Positions 13,837 through 25,213 of a stretch of 64,000 bases of DNA are shown in pieces. Under the pieces are notes generated by a model, which did not search any database, was not told where the DNA came from, and saw only the letters and a list, made by a program, of their open reading frames with translations. A program made the translations under genes and the position numbers. Numbering within the stretch: position 1 is the first letter of the stretch; each line of letters opens with the position of its first letter. This DNA is from Paraspadella gotoi (taxonomy: Eukaryota; Animalia; Chaetognatha): positions 17,013,799-17,077,798 of the forward strand of contig CM119271.1 in the NCBI GenBank assembly GCA_051294375.1. Reading direction: 5' to 3'.

Positions 13837-16800
13837 TTGGTGAACCGACCCAACTCTGAATAATTCCAACCTTCATATTCAACCAAGACGCCGAGACTGC
13901 CCTTCAATGGGAGCGGATCCCGCGCGAGACCCTACATCCTCTCGCCTCCGCTTCAGACCACTCTCAAAGTTCCAAAGGCGCCGGAAGCGGCCGCGCTGTA
14001 CTCGCGATGACTTCTCCCACCGGATCTGTCGACGCCAAAGAGGCGCGCGGCACACCGCAGCACTTCAGCTTTCTCTCGAACTGGCGAACTCGCCCAGTGT
14101 TTTTTTCCGCTTTCCCGAACCGGGACTTCCTCCAACATCGAAGCCATTCGCGGACGCCAACGGCGAAACACTGAGGCACAGCCGAGACCACCAGAGACAG
14201 AAACGGACTCCGACCCGAGTCAGCCTCTCGAGATCGCCGCCCGCAAGGGCATTAGAAGAAAAAGACACACACGAGCACGCGCGGAAATACCGACTTTCGA
14301 CTCCCAAGAACATTGACATATGGATCGAAGAAAGGGTCGAAGGCAGCTTTCATCCGTTGCCAAACGTCAAGAGGCGAGCGACGAAATTTTGCCCACCTTG
14401 GAATCCAAGATCAGCGTCGACGCCAATCGACCGACCGCGGCGTTCACGCCTTTCTTGTATACGGAGGAGGACCGTCCGACGCACGCAAACTGGCGCTTCC
14501 CATGATTCGCGAGTACTGTACGTAAGGGGTACGGGACACACAGCGCCAACGGCCGGCAACTTCTTCTCGACGGTTTCAGGCCGCGATGGAACCGACGATC
14601 CCTCCAGCAACCTGCAAGACTAGAGACGCGAGGAAAATAGAAGTCAGTCACAGATGAGCGACATCAAAAAAGAAACGATACATAAGGGGCCTCCCGTGAA
14701 ATAAGACGCTCCTTAGAGGACTAAAGGTCGATGAGTTGGAACACGCGCAAGCACACCTGGGACCCCGAGAACGCAGAAGAATTAAGTTTTTTCGCGACGG
14801 CCGATGCGAAGGTCGACCCTCCGAACCCTTCGCGAGCCATCAGGCCGACCCAACCTCTGGCCCATGAAACCGCCGCCGACAGCCCACAGAGACCGAGAGC
14901 ACACACCTCCGAGATACCGGTGGGTCCCTCGCAGGGATCTTCTTCTTCGCATACGTATATACACCCCGTGCGAGCGCGTGACGCCCCCCACGGGTCGTTT
15001 TTTAACTCTTGTCCTTTAGCCGAAGAGAATCGAGGCATATTTTTTTACTCCCTGCGATCCGAGTGAGAGTCATTTTTTTTTCGACTCAGAGCGACCGGGC
15101 GACTCTCCCACTCTCGAACCCCAGACTAGCGACTGGCGCACAAGAGGTGCGTTCAAGCCGGATCGTGCGCCGCGATCTTCAGGAGATTCTCTTCTGCTAC
15201 GATCGGGCGGCCAAAAACGGGCCGATTGAGCAGGTGTGCCGTTGGCATCTCCAAGTTTGGGCGAACGCCGCCTTCCCGCTGTGGGACATTTGTTCCAGCC
15301 AGACAGGGTGAGCGGCAGGCGATCGCGAAGGACCCTTCAGTCGCGAGAAAAAAATCGCGTGACTAGGACGTCCCGCTCGCCTCGGGCCACCGAGGAGACG
15401 GATTCGAGAAGAACACGTTCTAGTAGTCACAGGACGAACCCCACGCGAGCGTCGACCAAGAGCCGCATTCTCACATTTCGCGAAGAGGGATTTATCGAGC
15501 GACCCCCTCCGGACCATACTTAACGCTATCGCCTGGTTCCCATTTCTGACGCGTGGCGTATTATATGCGATGGTGATAACCGACCGGCGATTCGGGCAAC
15601 CGGGAGCGCCAAAAATTTGCCTAGAGAGAGATCGGCGTGAGGTCGCACGTCGTAGCCTCTGGTCAAATTCGATATCTTTTTCTCGGTGAGAGGAGCCTCT
15701 TAGAGCAACACATGACTCCGGAGGAAGCGTGCCAGACCACGTCGCTATACTCGAAAACTCTCACCAAGTCTACACCCATCATGCGCTTTGCTACGGCCAA
15801 TAGATAATTAACTCTTGAGCTGCGATACATATACCATACTTGCAAGACGACGGATAGACTCCCATTTCCGCCGGTAACTTCTCTCTGAGATAAGCCACTC
15901 ATATACGTATTCGAAATTAGATGGTCTTCTCTCTTCCCGATCTCTGAATTGTGCTCCTCTTTCTTGAGCGTACGACACCGATTGCTACTGCACACAGGTC
16001 ATTTGTGGCGAGCCGACTTCCATCCATTGCCTCGGAGGATTCTCTATCTTTTATGTTCGCACAACATGCCATTCTTTCCGAATGGGGACACTGTTGGACC
16101 TACCCCCGCCGACCTGTCCAATTTTCCTCCAGAGAACAACTCTATATCGAGAAGGGAGAACACACACGATCAAATAGAGACAAAATCATTCAACTTATGT
16201 TCGATCTATATATATCATCTATCCGTAACTCACCATGCTTGGAAGAGCTATTCTAACCTACTCCTGGAGTACCTGTCTGTCCAAACACTTGTTCAACACC
16301 CTCGAAGACTAACGAGTTCGGTGGAAGACAATATCAGCCAGGACTAAAGGAGACTTTCATATAGAAATCATTCAGATACACCTACTTCCCCATGTCGGAC
16401 ACGGCCCGAGCCAAGCAAGGGCCCGAGCGACCTTCGATCCGTTCGGTTAGACAGCGTCGCGATGGCTTCTGCGTGAGAATCCGCAGACGCCAAGTGGCTA
16501 TAAGCCCCCTCCGAGTGGGTGGCCAAGCGACAAAAAGCTCCTGGTCGTCACACTTGGCTCTGGCGGTCCAAACAGGCTGACGGAGGTTGGCGATGCTGTG
16601 GAGATTTCCACCCGTCCAGCCAACGCCAACACCATAGGACGATAAAGTATCTCGCAAGCTCTTTAGCATGATTTCAACGGCAGAGTTGGCGGAAAGGGAA
16701 AAATATTCTCCAAAATCGACTTCTAAAGGGTAACCACCAGATTTCCCGTGCCGATGAAGACGTTCCCAGACCGCAGTTATCAGTCCCCGATACGCCGGCT

Positions 16801-19800
16801 CGCGCATATTTTATGCTCGTTAACCGGCTGCGCATGCGGACGCCTTTAAGAGAGCACGGCCGCGCGGCTCGTCAGCGGGCTTCCGAGTTCGAAGAGCCGT
16901 GATGATAGGATCAAACAGTTGGACCGGCGGGACGCCGCTTTCGCCGGGCACGCGTCACGCGACGTCCCCGGTTCTCGTAATCCTGGCTCTCTCTACTCGC
17001 GCATATCTACTGATCTTTCGAGACGCTTCACGAGCGCTGTGCTGAGAGATCTCGATCAGGTATCACTTGTGCAGACAACATTATCGAGACTGCGCGGAAC
17101 ACTGATGAGCTATGGTATTATCAGTATGTTTCACTCACTAATTGAACCATATTGAGTAACTAGGTGACTATTAGAAATTCCATTAGTTATAATATGCTAC
17201 CTTAGTGTTGCCACGCCGATATCTACTCTCTATTCTTAAAATTTCTTCTAGTTCTATATAAATGTGTTCTCGTCGAAAGTTTCTTTTGATAATGAGTCGG
17301 GCGATCCGTAAATTTAATTTTTACCAGATGTGAGTTGTCGTGTGAGACTCACTCAACACCTAGTTTGTCCAAGTGGGAGAGGAGTAGACGATATTATCCG
17401 CGTTCGCACATCCTTTTACCCGCCACACAGGTGACAGGCACGCTCCGGAGGCTAAGGTCCTCGCACTGCGTCACTTTATATATTTCGGGGATGGAAAACG
17501 CGATTTAAATATATTTTAAGAATTAGTCTGGTCCGTCATTTTTAAGTGGTGGTCACGTTTGTAATGATAAGCAAGTGCGACCCTAAAGACATACTTATAA
17601 CACAAGAAGATTGCACGCAACCTCTCAGATTAACTCGACGCATTTGGATGGACGGCATTGGCCGGAGTCGAGAGCCACGTCCTCGACGCTCATAATGTCG
17701 ACGCGCGACAACAAGAGTAACCATAAAGAAGTTTCTTTATTGTAACCCATATATTCAAGGCGACAGCGCTATTGGTGAAAGAATTACAGTATATTATTCT
17801 AATTTGTTATCAGAGAATATAGAAGCTTCCGGCACAATCACGCTAATCGACCTTCACAACCACCAGAGCAGCGCAGTGCATCCCTTTTTTTTTCGTTCAC
17901 CGGCTTTCACACGATTTACAGTGCGTCATCTACCAGGTCTGGTCCCACCCTGACATTTAACAGGGCCGGAGCGATCCAGTGCAAGGATTGAAACACAAAA
18001 ACAGGCAATACTTCTCGTGAGTAGATTTACCAAATTTATTACGTTCAAAGTGCTACATCAGAGGGCGTAGTTATTGCACCTCTCTTTCGTGTGTGTACAG
18101 AGGACAAGAGCAGATCGATGGAGGTAGGGTGAGAGAAGGGATAGCATTTCACACACGCGACGAGGCTGTCCGACATAATTTCGGCACTGGCTATGAGGCA
18201 GATCGTTTACTCTCTAACACTGAACCATCAGTCCTGCTAAAATACACGGCCCTCCAACCAAGCGAGCCGAGCGCTCAAACAAACTCGCCATAACTATCCA
18301 ACTATCATCATAATCCCGAAATTCACGACTGAACATCCGCCACATCCGCGGCAAGGCAATATGGTCGCCGACGCCTTTGTCGCCCAACCGCCGCAAATCG
18401 CAACAATCGACCGCTCCCACTACCTTCAAGAAAAAACGCAGGACTCACAAGCGACCGTCAACGCCATCGGGCAAGAGGGTGTGCTTGGAGGAAATGGCGC
18501 CGGCACCAACATTGGATCGGATTTCCAGCGCTTGCCCAGAGACGCCAGAACCGGGCCCTTCAATTCGCAGAGTCACAGTGGGCGATCAACAACTCTTCGT
18601 CGATGTCTCGAATGGTCCTGCAGACCTTTCGTGCAGAATCAGGCGGAAGCGAATCTTCACGCTATTCACGGCTTAGGACATCCAGGAATTTGCAAGAACG
18701 CGCGAGACATCGCCTCAAAATTTGTTTTGGCCATCTCTCCGAGCTGACACCACCAACGCTGGGCACGTGGAGTGATTACCCTGCCAGCGAGCGAAGGTCC
18801 ACACGTACGTGAAACCCTCCAATATCGGACGACTTCGGAAGTCCCGAGCGAAACGATTCCACACTTGAAAAACGTGGACAATATGCATTGCTGCCAACGT
18901 CCAAAATGGTTTCAATCCCCTCCTCACAAAATAGTCCGACAGATTTTCGAGGTGGCCCGCAGCTATACCAATGAAGGACTTGACGACACACATCAGTAGT
19001 AGACGCGATCCCATGGCTGGAAATTGCCCACTACGGGATCCCAGCGGCCATCACAACGGACTCGCGAGCACAATTTGCGGCAAAGCCATCTGGACTCAGT
19101 TGACACAAGCCTGGGGAATCAAGCACCAATCAGACGACAGCCCTAACCATCCGCATAAACGGATTGGTAGAACGTTTTCAATCCGAGCCGTCAAAAGGAG
19201 TCGCTGATGCGCGCTCCGTGACAATGAAACCCACAAATGGTTCTGGAGACTCCCGTGTCCCTCTTAGCAATTCGAACACTATTAACCGGACATTGGAGCA
19301 TCTCAGCCGAGCTAGTCTTATGGCGAAGGACTCGCAGTGCCCGGCGACGTGCTCCTCCCCATCTTGACAACCAACTTCAGAACAGCGTCGACGATTACGC
19401 GACAATCTCCGAGTGGAGGTCGAGCGCTCTCCATGACCAACGAGACTATAGCACAGCCGAGCGCCACGCCTTATATTAATCTTCCCCAAACCCTCGTGAC
19501 GCGACGCACGTCTTCATTCAAAGCGCACTCTGCGTGCACCCAGGCGTTGAACGGCGCCTTAATCACGGCCCATATCGAGTCGTGGTCTCGGGACAATTCA
19601 ACTTGCAAGTCCGAAAATGCCGCGGCGCGCGTACAAACAATCCGCCATCTGCACGATCAAGAGCGCAAGCAAACCCTATGGCGTGACGAGGATAGCGAAG
19701 AACAATCCGACCGCCCCCCTCCAGCCCAGCATGTGAATTTCGTCCACCTCGCCACGCCATCGGACGAGGCAAAATCCTCGGCTCAATGACTCGCCTTCAA

Positions 19801-20413
19801 ACGACTAAGCCGCCGTCCAGCAGCAAAACCAAAGATAGAAATATGAACGAACAATGGCGGCGACGACGAGAACGACGAAAATAAGAGGCGACGCTTCGAA
19901 ACCACTCGCCTCGATCATGATCCAGGCCACTGATCCAAGCGTCAACCGCACCAAACGTCATCGAACATGAGACACTCCCGTTATCCCGCTCCCCGTCGAC
20001 GCACCAAAGAGAAGAATCATCGCCCGAGGGCAGGCCGCCGCACCCTCACTCAATTTCGGCGCCCCCCGTATTTCACCACGCCATTTGTCGAGCCCCAACG
20101 CCCGAACAGAGGAAGTGTGTCCAACGGCACGAACGCTCACCAGAGGAGAATATGATCTTTGCGGCAGCCGCCATCAACACTTATCTATCATAAATGATAA
20201 ACGCTCTCAACAAAGCCCACTATAACGCCGTTAATACGTCGTTTATTTAGATGTGGTAAAAGATGACTTAAAACATTTTTTTACAATTTTTATATATATA
20301 ATTATGTATATATTGAGTTAGAAGTATTGCGGAGAGCGAAGTAGTGAGCTTACCTCTTAATAAGCCCAAAGCGTGTTCGCGTAAACTATTATGTTTTTCC
20401 GTCTGGGGAGGGA

Positions 20414-20984
20414 TGTAGGATTCGATCTCGAGATATTCATCCCGAATAACTTCATCGACAAAAGATTGGTCCAACTCCAATAGTTTATTTTTTACCTTTT
20501 ACAAACTTTGATTAAAGACTTTATTAGTTTACAACAAATTACTATTTATCTTTGTTTCCCGAACAAATGATCAATCCTGTTTCAAGTTCCATTCATTAAC
20601 AATCAGCTGATTTAGACTTGTTGTGTTTTTTACCTAGCTTAAAATCTGATTTACAAGATAACTAATATTAACAACCTACTTTGAATCTCTCCGGGTTATC
20701 AATTTAATTAGTATCTTTTATTACTAGTTTTATTATTTTAATTGGTTATTAATTAATTAAATAATTAATTTGATTATTGTTACTTCATATAGATATTCTA
20801 ATTGCTTGAAGGCAAAAGCAGTTGAAAATATCTATAATGCCTTTGATGTATTTATTAAGGTTGCTTTTATTGAACTAACCAAGCAAAGTTGGTTATACTA
20901 ACTCCTTACCACAAAGGCACGAAAAAAAAACAATTGGTCGACCGGCCAACGAGCGCTAACTTCAATATATGGTGGCCATCCACA
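20414..20984 (+). repeat. 3' LTR of the Gypsy element
   Basis: tgtaggattcgatctcgagatat ... gagcgctaacttcaatatatggtggccatccaca; preceded by the PPT. Confidence 0.9.
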
Positions 20985-21116
20985 AATAGACTTAGCTTTT
21001 TCTAGTTTCATTAGAATTGATCAAGACTCCTGCGCGCGTCTCACCGTCACCTTTATTCTCAGAATAAACTTCTTATTGATTTCTTCCATAGAAATCCATG
21101 AGTTTTTCCTTAAATG

Positions 21117-21147
21117 TGGTGGCAGCGGTGGGATTCGAACCCACGCC
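21117..21147 (-). pseudogene. 31-nt 3' fragment of mature tRNA-Leu including CCA
   Basis: Minus strand reads GGCGTGGGTTCGAATCCCACCGCTGCCA-CCA, the T-arm/acceptor end of eukaryotic tRNA-Leu(AAG/TAG). Flanked by a duplicated tccatgagtttttccttaaatg. Confidence 0.75.
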
Positions 21148-22416
21148 TCCATGAGTTTTTCCTCCATGAGTTTTTCCTTAAATGCTAAGAATTTTAAAAT
21201 AATATCTTTGGCGATTGACATATGTACGTCTACAAAAGCGTGAAACGTTTTTCACGCCACCAGTTCTCGGTGAGTTTTGAAACGATTTTCGATGGCATCG
21301 TGAACTGGCTGACGATATTATCCGATACGGGGAAGTGAAATCATCTAAAATAACCAGATACAAAGGGGAGCTACTGAAAGTCTATATAGTCTATATATAA
21401 AGTCTCTAAAGTCTATATATATCTAAAGTTAAACAAAAGAAGGTTGCCTAGATTCAGTATGGGATAGAGCCATCTCTCACTTTAGTCCTGAAACCTAAAG
21501 TTTTATTATTGAATCACAAGGAAAAATTTTTTTCAAATTTTTCTTTTTGTATCCGTGTCTGACCGATTGTTTTCTTTTGTTCTCCGAATTTTCTTCAGAA
21601 ATCATTTTTTCAAATGTCGTTATATCTTTTTGCGCTTTTGATGAAGACAGAAGTCGAACTATCGAGCGTTTTCTTAAACATACAAAAATTAAATTAAATT
21701 AAAAGGAAAAATTTTCAAAAAGTTGAAAAAATCAAAAATGAAGTTATTAAATTCTTATTATTTTACTGCCTTTTTCAAGTAAAGACCATCTGAGCAAAGC
21801 TGGCGTGGCGCCAAAAATAATAATATCCAATAATAACAACAACAACAACGACGACGACGACGACAACGACGATAACTGGGCCATATCGGGCGACCATCAA
21901 TCCTTCGGTCAACTTTTTATGATCTTGGATGAAATGTGCATGAAACGCATCTGCGCGAGAATCTATATTTAATGTAGTTTTACCAAATGAATATTTATTA
22001 TCGAATATATATTTTCTGTTACGGGAAAAGAAGTGAAGAAAAATGTGGAGAGATCAAGGATTTATGATATACCTACTGTATAATATAGCAAAATAGCTTA
22101 TTTATTAAATAACTGTTATATTGGTAAATTAATTATTAATTAAACTATGCTGACTACTGTCTTTGGACAAGATATAAATGTTATTGATTTAACAGTTTTC
22201 TTTAATTTGCCAATGAATGTAAATATTAATTTTTCAAATTACACGCAGCATTGTCTTTTGTTTTTACTTTTTACATCCTTTTAATTTTTTCTCTTTTTCA
22301 CAATTCTCACCCTTATATCATAACCGCCTTAGCTTCACCTCACTCGTCGTCTCACTTTCCCTTCCTCACCCTTTCTTTTTCTGGCCTTTAGATTCCTTCC
22401 TCTCGCTCTCCCGCTG

Positions 22417-22466
<50 letters not shown>

Positions 22467-22559
22467 TCTCGCTCTCACTCTCACTTCACGCCAGTCACCA
22501 CTTACGCCATCATTAATTCAATCAATCTGCTCTTTAAGTTTTCACCAACGATGAAAAAT

Positions 22560-24060
22560 GAGTCTTCATCCTTTTCTTTTCTTTTCTTCATCCTTTTCTT
22601 TTCTTCATTTCTTTTCTTTCTCTTCTTTTTCTTTTTGCCTTTCTTTTCTTCATCTTTCTTTTCTTTTCTTCTCCTTTCTTTCTTTCTTCTTTATTCCTTT
22701 TCTTTCTTTTCTTCATCCTTTCTTTTTCTTTCTTCAATCCTTTTTTCTCTTCTTTATCCTTTCTTTCTGTCTTTTATTCATCTTTTCTTTTCTTTCTTTT
22801 CTTTTTCTCTTCTTTCATCCTTTCTTTTCTTTATCCTTCTCTTTTCTTTCTTCTCCTTTTCTATTTCTCTCTTCATCCTTTTCTTTCTTATTCCTTCTCT
22901 TTTTCTTTACTTCATCCTTTCTTTTCTTTCTTCATCCTTTTCTTTCTTTCTTTTCTTCATCCTTTTCTTTTCTTCCCTTTTCTTTCTTTCATCCTTTTCT
23001 TTTTCTTTTCTTCAATCCTTTTCTTTTCTTTATCTCATCTTTTCTTTTCTTCATCCTTTTTCTTTTCTCTTCATCCTTTTCTCTTTTTCTTTATCCTTCT
23101 CTTTTCTTTCTTCATCCTTTTCTTTTCTCTTCTTCATCCTTTTCTTTTTCTTTATCCTTTCTTTTCTTCATCCTTTTCTTTTCTTTTCCTTCTCTTTTCT
23201 TTACTTCATCCCTTTTCTTTTCTCTTCTTTCTCCTTTTCTTTTCTTTATCCTTCTCTTTTCTTCAATTCCTTTTCTTTCTTTATCCTTCTCTTTTCTTTC
23301 TTTATCTTGTTCTTTTTCTTTTCTTCATCCTTTTTTTTTCTTTCTTCATTGCCTTTCTTTTCTCTTCTTCATTCTTCTCTTTTCTTTTTCTCAACCTTTC
23401 TTTTCTTTCTTTTCTTCATCTTTTCTCTTTCTCTTCTCCCTCCATTTCTTCTCTTTTCTTTTCTTCATCCTTTTTCTTTTTCTTTTCTTTCATCCTTTCT
23501 TTTTTTCTTTTCTTCATCCTTTTTTCTTTTTCTTTTCTTTCTTTCATTCCTTTTTTCTTTTCTTCTTCTTCATATCTTCTCTTTCTTTTCTTCAACCTTT
23601 TATTTTCTCTTTTCTTTTCATCATCCTTTTCTTATTCTCCTCTCTTCTTTCCATTCTGCTCTTTTCTTTTCTTCATCCTTCTTTTTTCTTTTCTTCATCC
23701 TTCTCTCTTCTTTTCTTCATCCTTCTCTTTTCTTTTCTTTATCATTTTCCTTTCTTTTCTTCATCCTTCTCTTTTCTTTTATTTATCATTCTCTTTTCTT
23801 TTCGTCATCCTACTCTTTTCTTTGTTCTTTCTTCATTTGCTTTCTTTTTTTCCTTATTAAATCTTCCTCTATTTTTTTTCACCTTCTGTTTCTCTTTTCT
23901 TTTTTTCATCTTATTCCTTTTTCTCACCTCCTTTTTTTCCTTCCTTTTTTCACATCCCTCTTTCCTCTTCACCTCTCTTTCCTCTTTCCTCATTTTTATC
24001 TTCCTTTTTACTTTTCTTTTTTTTACCTCTCTTTCCTTCCTTTCTTTTTTTTTCTTCAAC
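22560..24060 (+). repeat. Pyrimidine-rich degenerate satellite (ttcttcatccttttct..)n
   Basis: About 1.5 kb of T/C-rich sequence with a recurring cttcatcc core. Confidence 0.9.
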
Positions 24061-24724
24061 TATCAACCGCCTCGTTTCCCTCTCTTTCGCCTAAAGGTTA
24101 TTTTTCCATCTTCCTAATTTATTTGGAAGAAGCAAATTACGGACGGATTTTATTTTTTCTTATCAAAGAGGATTTAGAAGAGATTTCAAATTGACTAAAG
24201 ATAAAAAAGAAAAAGAAAATCACAGAAAAAGATTTAGATTTAAAAGAAGATTTAGAAGATGATTTATAAGAAGAAAATCGTGATTTTTTTTATTTTATCA
24301 CCGAAGGTTTAGAAGAACATTTAAATATCATTTATTTAATCGGAAAATTAACCCCGACTCGTTCGATTTGGAAAATTGTGTTTAAAATCATTTCGATTGT
24401 TTTTAAACGTTCTAAATTAATGTAATTTAATTTCCCGATTAATTATTTCGTTTTTATTAATCTGTCTCAACTAATTAGATTGATAGATCATCACTAAAAA
24501 GCTTGGTAAAGTTGAATCGGGTAAGCATAAACTATCGATCAAGACTGCATCACCAGTCTCTTCTTAACACGTATTATCCACATAATGAATAATGATAAAT
24601 AATAATAAATCCACATAATGAATAGTCACAATGAAATTCATTTTCAAATTCTTTGTATGGAAGAAGCCAAAGGACTCGACGCGTTCAAAAAATCCCGCAT
24701 CGTCGAATCCCCGTCTATTGAGCG

Positions 24725-24860
24725 AAGAACCGACCAATCAGAGACCGTCTTCACAACGGACGACGTCGTCGAGGTGTCGCGGAATCGACCAATCAGAGGA
24801 CGCGCTGCGGTTGACGCGACGGAGCAGTCGCGCAGCAGTCGCTCAGTGGAGGCTCGTGTT
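24725..24860 (+). promoter_or_regulatory. Putative promoter of the 19-finger ZF gene (two CCAAT boxes in a CpG-rich patch)
   Basis: gaccaatcag at ~24732 and ~24787 in a GC/CpG-rich island about 400 bp upstream of the coding exon. Confidence 0.45.
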
Positions 24861-25213
24861 GTTTTGGTCGAAGCTCCAGGACGAAGTCAAAAATATTGGT
24901 TATTTATCTTTGAACTTATATTTTTTTTATGCACAAAATTTCAAATTCACTCATTAAATTTGTTCTAAATGATTTACGTATATTTGATAAAATATTTCGC
25001 TCTATTGCGTTTTACCTCGTCTTTTTTCTCTTCTTTGTAGGTGTTTTTTAAAATTTTTAAATTTTTTGTTCAATTTTTTCCAATGTCAACGACCAAATAA
25101 TTTTTATTCGTCATGATGCTATCTATTCATACTAGTTCTTTCTACAAAAATGTTATTTATTTTATCTCTTTGGCATTTCATTATCTTAATATTTTTTTCT
25201 TTCTTACTTTCAG

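Larger units (their letters stand above)
13183..20984 (+). mobile_element. Ty3/Gypsy LTR retrotransposon, CsRn1/Kabuki-like clade, full length but heavily frameshifted
   Basis: LTRs 13183-13836 and 20414-20984 (TGT..ACA); 4-bp TSD AATA (13179-82, 20985-88); PBS tggtgaaccgac (13838-49, tRNA-Trp-like); PPT ggggaggga (20405-13). Motifs read across frameshifts: gag CxxH knuckle VCRWH..FG (~15235), RT KIFSKIDL..GYHQI..DEDVPKTAVI (~16700-16790), RNase H end FTT.IRHIRGK.NMVADA (~18320-18380), integrase AIHGLGHPG (~18660) and GLVERF (~19160). Confidence 0.92.

Noticed and set aside
13907-20155. Individual ORFs inside the Gypsy element as separate genes
   Set aside because: Out-of-frame or antisense fragments of frameshifted gag-pol.
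22551-24194. 547-aa and 519-aa F/S/L-rich ORFs
   Set aside because: Stop-free only because the strand is almost purely T/C satellite; open in multiple frames; no domain.
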